Sequence record: MW735835.1
DNA: 64,000 nt
Direction: 5' to 3' (one strand)
Shown here: positions 7,955 through 18,395 of the stretch, in pieces
Numbering within the stretch: position 1 is the stretch's first letter
Layout of the letters: each line of letters opens with the position of its first letter
Program-made: the position numbers and the translations under genes
The notes under the pieces: generated by a model
Database searches by the model: none
What the model saw: only the letters and a program-made list of their open reading frames with translations
What the model was told of the DNA's origin: nothing

Positions 7955-10240
7955 ATGGAAAACCCATTTGTACTTCCAAAGGACGCCTACGTTCGCGATC
8001 TCGATCTGCTGAAAGGCTACTTCAACCAGAACACCCTCTTCCTGCACCGGATGACCGGTCAGCCAAAGGAAAAATGCCTGACCTTCCTCAAGAAGACCCT
8101 GTCTCGTGGCGGCGCATTCCCTCTGCGCGACCCGAACATGCTGGTCCTCAAGCAAGAGAGCCCGGGCAACCGCGTCAAAGACGAGATGACCCTGCTGTCG
8201 TACGTCAATACGGTCACCTCGACCAACCGTATCATGTCGCCGTCGATGGTTTGCTACGAAAACCCGAAGGTATTGAAGTCCCCTTCGGCCAAATTCGTGG
8301 AATCCGGCATCGCTGGGCGTAAGAAAGCCAAGAACGAGATGTTCGTGGCCAAAGTAAACGGTGATGAAGTCCTCGAAAAGATCAAGGACGCCGAGCAGAA
8401 CGCCAAAAAGATCGCGATCAACTCGCTGTCGGGCATGCACGGCTTCACCGGCAACATTCTCTACGTGAAATCGGGCCATTCCAGCCTGACTTCCATGTGC
8501 CGTTCGGCTACGGGCTACGGTAACGCCAACAACGAGAAGCTTTTGGCGGGCAGTCGACACTATCACTCGCCCAAGATAGCCATATCAAACATGCTGGCGC
8601 TGATTGATAGCCAACCGCACGACAAATTCCAGGCGGCGATGGATCATTGCGGCTTTGTGTACCCGACTGTTGAGCAAACCGCCGAGTGCATCAAGCGCAG
8701 CACCGACCTCTACTGGCGTAACGCTGGCAATTTCCAGAAGATCGTGGACTTCATTGTCCGTCTGACCCCGCTGGAACGCGCCATTGTCGTCTACACTGGC
8801 GATCTGTACCATATCGCCAAGTACAACGGTGACTATGTCCGTGGGTTCATGGACAAAATCATCAAGTACGACCCGAAAGCCGACCCGACAGTCGTGGACG
8901 ATGGCTACGCTGTACTTACCGGCAAGAAAATCGACGACGATACCAAGATGCTGGCAACCTACCTCAACGCGGAATACACCCGTGGCGAGAACTTCGACTC
9001 CTTGAAGGAGAAGGGCATGCACGATGTGCTTGCCATGGTAGCCAAAACCGCGTTCAACGTCCAGTCTGTAGTCCAGGAGTACTTCGTGTTCATCCGCACG
9101 ATGCTGACTCCGGTGCTGTTGGCGCCGACCGTGGCAAACATCAAGGGCATCCTGCGTCGTGTGGTGCTGGCTTCTGACACCGACTCGACCATCTTCACCA
9201 CGCAAGAGTGGGTGAGCTGGTACACTGGTAGCGACCATCGCACCAAAGAAGGTGACGGTATCTGGTACACCACGACCTACGTGGCTTGCCAGTGCATCGT
9301 GCACGTCCTGGCCCAATTGTCCGCCAACATGGGGGTGATCCAGGAAGACCTGCACCGCCTGACCATGAAGAACGAGTACGCCTTCCCGGTGTTCACCCTG
9401 ACCAACCGGGCCAAGCACTACTACGCCTTCATGAGCTGCCGTGAGGGCAACGTGTACAAGGACTACGACATGGAGATCAAGGGCGTGGCTCTGCGGTCTT
9501 CTACCGTACCTGTCGCAATCATCAAGCAGGCGAAAGCCATGATGAAGGAGGTCATGACCCGTGCCGACCAGAACCGTCAGTTCACGCTCGAAGAGCTGTA
9601 CCTGACTGTCTGGAAGCTGGAGCAGGACATCTACACCTCCATCAAGAAGGGTGAGCACCGTTACCTGAAGTCGGCACAGATTCAGGCCTTCTACAACAAC
9701 ATGAACAAAGACAACCCGTATCTGGAGAAGACGAACCTTCGTCACTATCACATCTGGGAAATGGTCTTTGCTCCGAAGTACGGTCACGTTGAAAACCCGC
9801 CCTACTCGGTCATTAAGGTTCCGCTGGCGATCAACAACAAGACCGACATGCAGAACTGGTTTGCCCACATGGAATCGGTCGATCCTGACTTCGCAGCGCG
9901 GATGAAGGACTACTGTGACAAGGCAGGCCGGACCGAGATTGGTACGCTGATGCTGCCTCTGTCGATCCTGGCAGGCGTGGGGATGCCCGATGAAGTGATG
10001 GCAGTGATCGACATCCGTCGACTCACCTACGAGATCCTGGAGTCGTTCTACATGATCCTGGAATCGTTGGGTGTGTTCCAGGTGGACAGCAAATACGTCC
10101 GCTTGATCAGTGACATCTATACACCGGAAGGCGAAGTCAACCTGCAACCGGAAGCAACCGATGCGAACAGCCTCATTGAAGAAGATGAGGACCTTCTGTA
10201 CGAGGAAGACGACGATGGAGAAGATTGGCTCGCCGACTGA
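7955..10240 (+). CDS. Family-B DNA polymerase, polymerase-domain subunit (phiKZ gp50-like)
   Basis: Motif B KKIAINSLSG, motif C VVLASDTDS; no exonuclease motifs or motif A; acidic tail. ATG 7955 preferred since 7901 lies inside the terminator. Confidence 0.88.
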   Translation: MENPFVLPKDAYVRDLDLLKGYFNQNTLFLHRMTGQPKEKCLTFLKKTLSRGGAFPLRDPNMLVLKQESPGNRVKDEMTLLSYVNTVTSTNRIMSPSMVCYENPKVLKSPSAKFVESGIAGRKKAKNEMFVAKVNGDEVLEKIKDAEQNAKKIAINSLSGMHGFTGNILYVKSGHSSLTSMCRSATGYGNANNEKLLAGSRHYHSPKIAISNMLALIDSQPHDKFQAAMDHCGFVYPTVEQTAECIKRSTDLYWRNAGNFQKIVDFIVRLTPLERAIVVYTGDLYHIAKYNGDYVRGFMDKIIKYDPKADPTVVDDGYAVLTGKKIDDDTKMLATYLNAEYTRGENFDSLKEKGMHDVLAMVAKTAFNVQSVVQEYFVFIRTMLTPVLLAPTVANIKGILRRVVLASDTDSTIFTTQEWVSWYTGSDHRTKEGDGIWYTTTYVACQCIVHVLAQLSANMGVIQEDLHRLTMKNEYAFPVFTLTNRAKHYYAFMSCREGNVYKDYDMEIKGVALRSSTVPVAIIKQAKAMMKEVMTRADQNRQFTLEELYLTVWKLEQDIYTSIKKGEHRYLKSAQIQAFYNNMNKDNPYLEKTNLRHYHIWEMVFAPKYGHVENPPYSVIKVPLAINNKTDMQNWFAHMESVDPDFAARMKDYCDKAGRTEIGTLMLPLSILAGVGMPDEVMAVIDIRRLTYEILESFYMILESLGVFQVDSKYVRLISDIYTPEGEVNLQPEATDANSLIEEDEDLLYEEDDDGEDWLAD

Positions 10241-10601
10241 GTGCAAGATCCTGCAATTCCCGGAAAGGAAGCCTGAACCCAAGCTGGTATCTGGTTATGG
10301 TGACCTGGTCGGTACGAGCATCACGGCTGCCATTGTGCAGCCGTCGCTTCACCAAACGGTGGCTGATTTCCTTGCTGCCATGATGAAGGAAGCGACAGCA
10401 CTCTCGGAGACCAGTGGGGTTCCTGTACTTCGTTTGATCGAAGATAGGATTCGTCGGGAAACGGGCATAAACAGCTACGTGAAGAAAGTTCTAGCGGACG
10501 CGATGAGGGAGTTAAGGAAAGCTGATGAAAATCAACGAACTCGACTTGCCGAGGCCTCTCGGTTGCACCAAGGTCCATGCGTTCCAGATCAAGACGCTTG
10601 A
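10215..10601 (+). CDS. Hypothetical protein
   Basis: ATG 10215 overlapping polymerase end; weaker codon bias. Confidence 0.45.
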   Translation: MEKIGSPTECKILQFPERKPEPKLVSGYGDLVGTSITAAIVQPSLHQTVADFLAAMMKEATALSETSGVPVLRLIEDRIRRETGINSYVKKVLADAMRELRKADENQRTRLAEASRLHQGPCVPDQDA

Positions 10602-11109
10602 ACGCCTCGACTGGATGAACTGGGAAATGGGCGGGACTTCCTCGTCCTATACAGCGTACGGTCATCATCCGCTGCACACGGTTTCCATCCCCCACAGTCT
10701 CATGGAACTCTACAAGCCTGAGGAAGGCTGGTGGATAGTCCGGTGGCCCACGGGAATCGTGACCTTCCGCAGTGATGAATCCTTCAAGCGGGACTTCGAA
10801 CCAGGCAATGGAACGCTGTACTACACCTGGCTGGAGGGCATTTTCCAACGGGGATGGGAACATCCTGAAGGGCAGCGCCGTCACGCTGAGGAGCGGGCAG
10901 CTGAGAAAGAGCGCCAGCGCAAGCTGCACGAAGAATGGATGGCCAGACGTGCCACTGAGCCCAAGGTCCGTGATCTGGGGAACGGCTGCATTGTCAGGCG
11001 AGTTGACGTGGGATTGGTCGAGATGCCTAAAGGTATTCAAGTCCAACCCCTGTCTGAGCATGTTTCCATCCTTCCGCTGCTCAAGGCACTGACCAGGCCT
11101 AACTTCTAG
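10525..11109 (+). CDS. Hypothetical Trp-rich protein
   Basis: TAAGGA RBS; 194 aa ending at bidirectional hairpin. Confidence 0.65.
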   Translation: MKINELDLPRPLGCTKVHAFQIKTLERLDWMNWEMGGTSSSYTAYGHHPLHTVSIPHSLMELYKPEEGWWIVRWPTGIVTFRSDESFKRDFEPGNGTLYYTWLEGIFQRGWEHPEGQRRHAEERAAEKERQRKLHEEWMARRATEPKVRDLGNGCIVRRVDVGLVEMPKGIQVQPLSEHVSILPLLKALTRPNF

Positions 11110-11116
11110 TGAGGCA

Positions 11117-11149
11117 GCATAGAGAGCGGCCAGTGGCCGCTCTCTATGC
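11117..11149. terminator. Bidirectional terminator hairpin between convergent genes
   Basis: GCATAGAGAGCGGCC/GGCCGCTCTCTATGC 15-bp stem. Confidence 0.85.
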
Positions 11150-11150
11150 C

Positions 11151-12278
11151 TTATGCTGGCTCGACGTTGCGATACAAGAACGGACGGATGTTCTTGTCGA
11201 TGTACTGCTTCACCCAAGCGGCCACGTCCGACGGGATCTGATTGACCAGGTACTTGCCGCTGTCTGCTTCGAGCAGGGCACGGCGAATCCGGTTCTTGTC
11301 CGCGTCGTTCTTCTGGTTATTGTTCAGCTGGTCGAACTTGAGCAGCATCGCAATAGCCGGCATCCGAGCAATGGTGAGCGCCCAGATAGCTTGGTTGGTG
11401 AAGGCAATGTCCGGCAGACGTACCGTCTGAAGCAGGTTATCCTGCCCAAACACCGGTACGTTCGCCAGCATCGTCGTGTAGGTGTAGGTTTCCCGGGAGA
11501 ACCGCGCAGCGATCTCTTTAAGGCCTGCCTCCAGCTTGGGGTAGAGGTCAGCCGTATAGAAAGGCATGTCACTGGGTTCCCGTACGTAACCTTCCCCGCC
11601 GATCAAGCTGTGCAGGGTGTTGAGCACCGCCACGTCCAGATGACTGGTCAGCATGTTTGGGATGATCACTTGGCTGATGAAGTGCGCCGTTGGGAGTTGG
11701 AATCCGTCCGGTGCCATCGAAGCCGTGGCCATCCGCCACAGATGGTACTGACACGCCAACAACGGGATGTTAATCTCCAGCACAGCAGTAGCGCCTGCGC
11801 CCAAACCCTTGAAGGTGTGCTCACCATCCAGTTCCAGAATACCGCACCCGGATATAGGATGAGACAATACCCTCACGGGGCTCATATTCCGCCAGTTGAA
11901 CCAGATGTCGATCGGAGAAATGGAGTCATCGGCAATGGCAATGACGATCTCGTTCACGCCTTTGCCGTAGAAATGGCTGTGGTTACGGACTCGTCCGTGG
12001 TGCGCGCCGGTGCACAACCCCATCTGGCCAGAGATGCGATCGACGATGCTGGAGACACGCAGGTAGTAGTCTGGAAGGTTGCCATCGAAACTGATGTCGA
12101 CCATGGCGAGGATCTTGAGCAGCAAGTGGTCGCTCTTGATGTACCCTGGGTTCACCCGGCGGTACTCTTTATAGCGGTCCACCTGATTGGCCATCAACTC
12201 GCGCTTTACATAGTCCAGGCCCATGGTGGCGATGTTAGTCTGCCGTAGCCTGGCCTCAGTGTTGAAGAGTGTGTACAT
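11151..12278 (-). CDS. Conserved phage protein (phiKZ gp52-like position, possibly virion)
   Basis: 375-aa ORF on minus strand between DNA polymerase and chimallin, matching recalled phiKZ synteny. Confidence 0.7.
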   Translation of the reverse strand: MYTLFNTEARLRQTNIATMGLDYVKRELMANQVDRYKEYRRVNPGYIKSDHLLLKILAMVDISFDGNLPDYYLRVSSIVDRISGQMGLCTGAHHGRVRNHSHFYGKGVNEIVIAIADDSISPIDIWFNWRNMSPVRVLSHPISGCGILELDGEHTFKGLGAGATAVLEINIPLLACQYHLWRMATASMAPDGFQLPTAHFISQVIIPNMLTSHLDVAVLNTLHSLIGGEGYVREPSDMPFYTADLYPKLEAGLKEIAARFSRETYTYTTMLANVPVFGQDNLLQTVRLPDIAFTNQAIWALTIARMPAIAMLLKFDQLNNNQKNDADKNRIRRALLEADSGKYLVNQIPSDVAAWVKQYIDKNIRPFLYRNVEPA

Positions 12279-12341
12279 GGCGGGGTGTCCAGTGACGGTT
12301 AAAGTCTCAAAGGATAGCCGACGTTATAGAAGGAAATCACA

Positions 12342-12629
12342 ATGAATGCTGAAGAGCAGCGTAAAGTCATCACGCCCCTGATCCAGTCGGCGTACAACCT
12401 TACCTTCAATCCTGCGCTGCGTGGTGGGACTGAGCGTCAGGATGGTAAACAGTTGGAAGAAGGCATTACGCTCTTCCCCAACGGGATTGACGTTACCCTC
12501 AACGGGGCAACCCAGGCTATTCGCTGGGAGCTGGATGACCACAAGGTCATCAACGTCACCTACGTTCCCTTGGCCTACTTCAACCTGGCCTGGGAAGCCT
12601 TGTCCAAATACCTGAAGCACACCGAGTGA
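12342..12629 (+). CDS. Small hypothetical protein
   Basis: AAGGA RBS; 95 aa. Confidence 0.7.
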   Translation: MNAEEQRKVITPLIQSAYNLTFNPALRGGTERQDGKQLEEGITLFPNGIDVTLNGATQAIRWELDDHKVINVTYVPLAYFNLAWEALSKYLKHTE

Positions 12630-12837
12630 GAACTGAATCGTAAAAAATAACTCGATAGTGCATATGGTATAGGAGATCTGCTCCGGCCAGGGTTTAGCCT
12701 TGGCGAATGGGAGGGTATTTCCTTTTCTCGGACAGGCAGGGCGGTAAAACCACCAAACCCCGCCCGTAAATTTAAACGCACCGCCTGCATCATGTTGAGG
12801 CTAGGAATGTAAATTCCATTCGAAAAACTCACGGGGA

Positions 12838-12852
12838 TACATTATCAACGTG
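12838..12852 (+). promoter_or_regulatory. Phage promoter motif upstream of chimallin
   Basis: TACATTAT caacg TG. Confidence 0.75.
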
Positions 12853-12924
12853 AATATCGGAGCCAAGCTTCAAGATGTTCACTAGGCCCTAGTAACATTC
12901 TTTTCCATCCCAAGGAGTAACACC

Positions 12925-14832
12925 ATGGCTGTAAACAACGACGAAACCCTCGACACCGGCGCCGGCAGCGAGCAACCCCGTCGCAACGAACCGCGCGGCG
13001 AACCGCGTGGTGAGCGTCGTGAGACCAACATGAACGCCGGTCTGCTGGACATCAACCGCCTCCTGGGCGCCCCGATGAGCCGCCGTATCTCCGGCGAAGT
13101 TCTGGTCAATGCCGTCAAGGCCATCAAGCACTGGTTCGCTCCCGAGCGTCAAGTAGCCGGCGGCGGTCTGATCGATCTGACCAAGATCCAGGTTCTGGGT
13201 CTGGAAGCCTCCGAGCACAACGTCTCGATCTCCAGCGCCATCCTGGCCTACCCGGTCGAAGAAAACGGCACCGTCAAGGTGCTGGTGCACTCCATCGCTC
13301 TGGCTCAGAGCCTGACCGACGACGTCGGTGTGCGTACCGCCGAGATCAACCACCGCAGCTACACCCTGCCGGTGATCCCCTCGGACTACATCACCGAGAG
13401 CTACCTGGCTCTGATCGACGAAATCGTCAAGAAGAACTTCGAGCAGTCCCGCAAGAACGTCGAAATCGTTCGTGCCGGCTGGCGTGTGGTTTCGCCGAAG
13501 GTCGACTTCAGCGAGCCGGAAAACACCGAAGTGCGTCAGGTCGTGTTCTTCGCGCAGGCTGCGCTGGCCGCCATCTACGGCGACCTGTACAACGAGAACC
13601 TGTACTTCTCGCTCGACTGGCTGACCAAGGCCTCCACCCTGGAGATCAACGTCGACCTGTCCGGCCGCGAAGTGTTCACCGCTGACGGCCTGCCGCGTCG
13701 TTCCGACCTGGCCGTGCAAGTCGCCGGTATCGTCCGCAAGGGCGACCAGAACATCCCGGTTCCGCTGGCCAACCTGGGCGGCTACGTCAACATCATGTAC
13801 ACCCCGCCGGCGCAAGAAGAGCGTTGGGCCCGCAACCAGCGCCGTGATCAGCCGTACTTCACTCCGGTGTACGTGATCAACCGCATGGACACCGGCACCA
13901 ACGGCATCACCCCGGAACTGCTCCTGCTGGCCATGGCCGGCGCCTCGGTCATCTCCAAGGACCAGGCCTGGGCGCAGGGCTTCCTGCCGGGCGACGTGCA
14001 GCGCGGTGAAGTGGACTACCGTGACGCCGGTCTGCTGAACATCCTCGGCCCGGATCAGGACAAGCAGCCTGTCGTGTTCGACAGCCGCTCGAGCCTGGAC
14101 ACCAACAAGTGGGCCCAGTACTTCTTCAGCCTGGTGGACGACAACCTGGCCTGGGCAATCGAGCTGGAAGAAGGCGGCGACAACAGCTGGATCACCAGCC
14201 TGCTGTCCGACGCTGCAACCGACGACAGCCCGAACAAGGACGCCATCCGCCGTCTGTACGACTACGCGGACCGTCTGACCAACGGCAACTTCACCCGTCG
14301 TGCCAAGGAGCTGGGCGTCGAAGTCCCGCTGCAAATGTCCGGTGCCCGTTACCTGACCGGTACCTGGATCGACGAGAACGGCAAGGAGCGCGACCTGCGC
14401 GACTGGGACCTGCTGCGCTGGATGGCTTCCAACCCGAGCGACGAGGGCGAATCCGCTCTGCGCTACCAGGACGTCATCGACCGCACTGACCTGGACGTGG
14501 AAATCCGCGTTTCCGAGCAGTTCGACCAACTGACCCAAGCCCTCGGCGCGAGCAACGTCAAGTTCGCCCGCTACGTGGACCTGGCCTTCATCAACCCGGC
14601 CTTCATCGAGGCCCTCGCCATGGCCGTTGCTGATTGCAAGATCAACATCGACCAGCGCTCTGCGCACTACACCTTCGGCAACCGTCGCCTGCGTGGTAAC
14701 ACCCGCATCCGCGACTTCGTCGGTGGTGACCTGACCCACGGCATGCTCTCGAGCCGCCGCATGGGCAACGACGGTCAGCGTGGTCTGCGTTCCGTAGTCG
14801 GCAACGGCTTCGGTTTCGGCAACACCTACTGA
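12925..14832 (+). CDS. chmA: Chimallin, major phage-nucleus shell protein
   Basis: 635 aa, extreme codon bias; segments GLPRRSDLAV, TPELLLLAM, AWAQGFLP, GTWIDENGKERDLRDWD, NPAFIEAL, RRLRGNT match recalled 201phi2-1 gp105 motifs; directly upstream of RNAP beta-prime gene. Confidence 0.9.
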   Translation: MAVNNDETLDTGAGSEQPRRNEPRGEPRGERRETNMNAGLLDINRLLGAPMSRRISGEVLVNAVKAIKHWFAPERQVAGGGLIDLTKIQVLGLEASEHNVSISSAILAYPVEENGTVKVLVHSIALAQSLTDDVGVRTAEINHRSYTLPVIPSDYITESYLALIDEIVKKNFEQSRKNVEIVRAGWRVVSPKVDFSEPENTEVRQVVFFAQAALAAIYGDLYNENLYFSLDWLTKASTLEINVDLSGREVFTADGLPRRSDLAVQVAGIVRKGDQNIPVPLANLGGYVNIMYTPPAQEERWARNQRRDQPYFTPVYVINRMDTGTNGITPELLLLAMAGASVISKDQAWAQGFLPGDVQRGEVDYRDAGLLNILGPDQDKQPVVFDSRSSLDTNKWAQYFFSLVDDNLAWAIELEEGGDNSWITSLLSDAATDDSPNKDAIRRLYDYADRLTNGNFTRRAKELGVEVPLQMSGARYLTGTWIDENGKERDLRDWDLLRWMASNPSDEGESALRYQDVIDRTDLDVEIRVSEQFDQLTQALGASNVKFARYVDLAFINPAFIEALAMAVADCKINIDQRSAHYTFGNRRLRGNTRIRDFVGGDLTHGMLSSRRMGNDGQRGLRSVVGNGFGFGNTY

Positions 14833-14863
14833 TCGGCGCTGAGCGTCAGCAGTAAAGTAGCAA

Positions 14864-14903
14864 GGGGGAGCTAACGCTCCCCCGAGCTATTCCTTTTTAT
14901 TTT
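14864..14903 (+). terminator. Intrinsic terminator after chmA
   Basis: GGGGGAGC/GCTCCCCC stem, T-rich tail. Confidence 0.7.
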
Positions 14904-14924
14904 CACCGGAGCACGGAAAGGCCA

Positions 14925-16388
14925 ATGAAAGAACGCAATGGCGTTTACTTGCGTGTGGTGAGTTACGACACCATGTTCATGCATCAGAGTCACCCTGCGA
15001 CCCTGATGAACGACTTCAACATCGATCTTGAGGCTGATCGTCTCAAGCTGAACAACCTCATTTATGCCTCTCTGGATGGCGACTCGCTGAACAACACGGC
15101 GAGCTGTGACTGTGGGCACATCACCGGCATGGACAACTATGGCATCCGCTGCCACGAGTGTCTGAGCCTGGTCATGCCCATCACCGAGAAACCACTGGAG
15201 ACTCTCCTGTGGATCAAGGTGCCGGCTGGCATCAACAAATTCATCAACCTGACGGTGTGGCGGATTCTGTCGAAGAACCTGACGCACTCGAACTTCAACA
15301 TCCTGGAGTACTTGTGTAACCCGCGTTACAACGCACCGAGTCCGTTAGCCGCGGACAAGATGCGCAAGTTGGAGCGCCTGGAAATCCCGCGTGGCTACAA
15401 CCACTTCGTTGACAACTACGAGGCCATCCTGGTCGCGTTGTTCAAAGCGGGGCTCATCGGTCCATCCGCTTCTGCCCGTAAGCGCCGCAAGATCATGCGC
15501 TTCTTGCAGGAGAACTTTGACCGGACGTTCTCGGAGTACCTGCCGTTCCCAACTCGGCTGGGCTTCATCAAGGAGAGCAGCAACAACCGTATCACGGCCG
15601 ACCCGAAGATGGTGGCTGCGGTCAACGCCGCGCACATCCTCATCGGTATCGACAACCGCGAGACGGTCGAGAACCAACCCAAGCTGTCCCAGGCCCAGAA
15701 AGAAGGACGCGTGGTCAACGCGCTCCAGAACTTCAACGATTACTACAAGACCTTCGAGTCCGAGGTGATCTTCAAGAAGCCTGGTATCGCTCGTAAGCTG
15801 ATTTACGGCACCCGGCCGTACTTCGGGTTCCGTGCGGTGATCACCTCCCGTCAGAAGCCTCACCGGCAAGATGGCATGGAGATGCCGTGGTCGGCAAGTA
15901 CACTGCTCTTTAAGGTGCACTTGCAGAACAAGCTGATCACCCAGGGCTACATCCCTAACGAGATGCAGGCCCTGATCTACGAGAACACGCTGCGCTGGCA
16001 CCCAGAGCTGGATCGGCTGTTCAAGGAGTTGCTGGCAGAAGCTCCCAACGGGACTATTCCCACCACCTTCGGTCGTAACCCGACCCTGACGCGTGGTTCG
16101 ATCGGCTACAACCAGATCGACACCATTAAGAGTGACCCAACGGACAACACCATCTCGATCAGCCCGCTGAACTTGATCGACAAGAACGCGGACTTCGACG
16201 GTGACGCGCTCTGGGGCGAGCTGCCGCTTGACCACAAGAACGCGAAGATCATGTCCCGCCTGGACCCGGTCACTGGCGTCATGGACCTCGACAAACCGTT
16301 TACCATCTCGCGAAATACGACGCTGCCGGCGCCGTTGATTGCGACGATGACGAATTGGCTCATCGAGGGCGATAAGGTATCCACATGA
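14925..16388 (+). CDS. Non-virion RNA polymerase beta-prime N-terminal subunit (phiKZ gp55-like)
   Basis: Zn ribbon CDCG..CHEC; catalytic NADFDGD at 16185..16205; RNPTL motif. Confidence 0.92.
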   Translation: MKERNGVYLRVVSYDTMFMHQSHPATLMNDFNIDLEADRLKLNNLIYASLDGDSLNNTASCDCGHITGMDNYGIRCHECLSLVMPITEKPLETLLWIKVPAGINKFINLTVWRILSKNLTHSNFNILEYLCNPRYNAPSPLAADKMRKLERLEIPRGYNHFVDNYEAILVALFKAGLIGPSASARKRRKIMRFLQENFDRTFSEYLPFPTRLGFIKESSNNRITADPKMVAAVNAAHILIGIDNRETVENQPKLSQAQKEGRVVNALQNFNDYYKTFESEVIFKKPGIARKLIYGTRPYFGFRAVITSRQKPHRQDGMEMPWSASTLLFKVHLQNKLITQGYIPNEMQALIYENTLRWHPELDRLFKELLAEAPNGTIPTTFGRNPTLTRGSIGYNQIDTIKSDPTDNTISISPLNLIDKNADFDGDALWGELPLDHKNAKIMSRLDPVTGVMDLDKPFTISRNTTLPAPLIATMTNWLIEGDKVST

Positions 16389-16398
16389 GGAGTGAGTT

Positions 16399-17022
16399 AT
16401 GGCGATAGCTATCTACGCTGACGATCAGGAGTTCGGGGTCATGCACTACGGCCTCCCGCGATCCGAGGACCGGGCGGCTATCCGACAGCGTATGGAGAAC
16501 ACGGCTCGGTCATTTGGTTTGACCGGCAGTGACCTCTTCAGCAAGGCGATCAGCCGGTTCGAGTCGTTCGACTTCGATAAGGTGGAGCGCAAGCTCGATG
16601 CCTTGAAGCGGAAAGTCACCCACCTCTTCGACCGGGATGAAATCCGGCCGATGTGGAAGATCGGTCAGTTCCAACAGGCCGGTCCTGTCCAGCAGCGGTG
16701 GCTGATGGCAAACCCACGGGCTCAGAAGCTCTTCGAAGCGGACATGATGTATGGCTGGCGTGATACCTTCGTCAACCATCACAAAGGCCGCTACGGCGAG
16801 GAGAACCCGGACTACCGCGCCGTCATGGACGGTCTGGTGGTGTTCAACGAGGAAGGCGGGGCGGTATGCACGCAGTTCTTGACCGACCGTGATGCCGACA
16901 ACCGAGGCGTCCTCAACTTCTCGGACCAGACTCTGGTTCACGGAAGCATGTGGGCCAACTTCGGGGCATTCCTGGACGAAGGGCTGGACGATCCGGGCGA
17001 TCCGAACAACGGTTCGCTCTGA
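16399..17022 (+). CDS. Conserved hypothetical phage protein
   Basis: GAGGAG RBS; 207 aa in core block. Confidence 0.8.
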   Translation: MAIAIYADDQEFGVMHYGLPRSEDRAAIRQRMENTARSFGLTGSDLFSKAISRFESFDFDKVERKLDALKRKVTHLFDRDEIRPMWKIGQFQQAGPVQQRWLMANPRAQKLFEADMMYGWRDTFVNHHKGRYGEENPDYRAVMDGLVVFNEEGGAVCTQFLTDRDADNRGVLNFSDQTLVHGSMWANFGAFLDEGLDDPGDPNNGSL

Positions 17023-17106
17023 CCGACCTGCACCGCACATATCTCAATGGTATGTGCGGTGTACCCCCTCACGGGTACCTTTCTTTTTTCGTCCCGAGAT
17101 AATCCC

Positions 17107-17532
17107 ATGGCCCGTGTAGTCCCTGTTCTTGGCAGTGCCGGATTCGCCACTGACCTGACCATCAAGGCCGACGAAGCCTTGTCCAATTTCTACCTCTCCC
17201 AGCGGTCTCAGTCTGACCTGTACCGTGGCAGCATTGCCAGTCTGGGGGAGATCATCAGTGCCCACGGTAACAACCCTCCTGTCCTCGAATCCGAGACCCG
17301 GAAGGTGCTGCAAGGGTATTTTGAGCGCCAGTTTGAGGAAGTCACCCTCGATGTCAAGTCCGTAGTGAAAGGACCCAGTATTGATTTACAGATCTCTGTT
17401 ATCCTACGAGACGGAGACAAATCAATCGACATTGCCCACGTGGTTTCGTCCTCTGATTCCAAAATTCGCAGCATCATTGATCTGCAAAACGAAGGAAGGC
17501 CGTTCATCTCGGCCGACCTACTTTCGACCTAA
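17107..17532 (+). CDS. Conserved hypothetical phage protein (gp59-like position)
   Basis: ATG 17107 downstream of terminator; upstream part of ORF 17047 is within hairpins. Confidence 0.7.
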   Translation: MARVVPVLGSAGFATDLTIKADEALSNFYLSQRSQSDLYRGSIASLGEIISAHGNNPPVLESETRKVLQGYFERQFEEVTLDVKSVVKGPSIDLQISVILRDGDKSIDIAHVVSSSDSKIRSIIDLQNEGRPFISADLLST

Positions 17533-17545
17533 GGAGTAACACCCG

Positions 17546-18391
17546 ATGTCCGAACATGAAGCCCGCCAAGACCAGCGCATTGCTGAACTGGAAGCCCGCC
17601 TGGAAACCGCCGAGAAAAGCCTGACCACCGCGAACAGCGTCATCCTCGGCCTGCAACGCAGCATCGTCGATATCACCGCTGACCACGTTCACCGCGTGTT
17701 CAACGACCCGGTGCTGGTCGACAGCCTGGCTCAGCGCTTCTTCATCGCCGCTGCCAACGCGATCGCCTTCAAGGCCAAGTCCTCCAAGCAGCGCACCCCG
17801 CAGCTGGTCGTGATCGAGCAGTACATCCCGGGCGCCATCCGCGCTACCCTGCAAGAAAACGGCGACGTCTTCATCGAAGAGCAGACCGAAGGCGGCGAGT
17901 GGAAGTCCGGCGAAGCACTGTCCGAGCAGATGCGCACCCCGGAAGTGCAGACTGCCTTCGGCAACCTGCTGATCTCCTACACCGCCGAAGTCGGCAAGCC
18001 CTACTTCATCACCGAGGACGTGTACCTCGAAGAGTTCCGCGCTCAGGCTTCCCAGCAAGCTCTGGCCGTGGTCAAGGGCGTGGAAGACACCGCCGCCAAG
18101 GCGCAAGTGCGCATCACCACCCGTCCGGCCCCGCTGGGCGACGCCCCGGTGAGCGAAGACGCCAGCAACGACCTGACCATGGACGTACCGTTCGACGCGG
18201 TCTTCCACATCAAGCAAGCTGACGGCTCCGTCGTGGAAACCCTGGCCAGCGCCGTGAAAGAAGGCGACGTCGCCATCGTTTCCCGCAACGAGCAGGTCAT
18301 CCAGGAAGTGATCATCGCTGCCGTGCCGGTCGTGGCCGAAGAAGCTCCGGTTGAAGCCGAAGCGCCTGCCGCCGAAGCTGCCGCGCAGTAA
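17546..18391 (+). CDS. Highly expressed coiled-coil/acidic protein
   Basis: AAGGAG RBS; N-terminal heptads RIAELEARLETAEKSL; Ala/Glu tail; strong codon bias. Confidence 0.85.
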   Translation: MSEHEARQDQRIAELEARLETAEKSLTTANSVILGLQRSIVDITADHVHRVFNDPVLVDSLAQRFFIAAANAIAFKAKSSKQRTPQLVVIEQYIPGAIRATLQENGDVFIEEQTEGGEWKSGEALSEQMRTPEVQTAFGNLLISYTAEVGKPYFITEDVYLEEFRAQASQQALAVVKGVEDTAAKAQVRITTRPAPLGDAPVSEDASNDLTMDVPFDAVFHIKQADGSVVETLASAVKEGDVAIVSRNEQVIQEVIIAAVPVVAEEAPVEAEAPAAEAAAQ

Positions 18392-18395
18392 GTCA

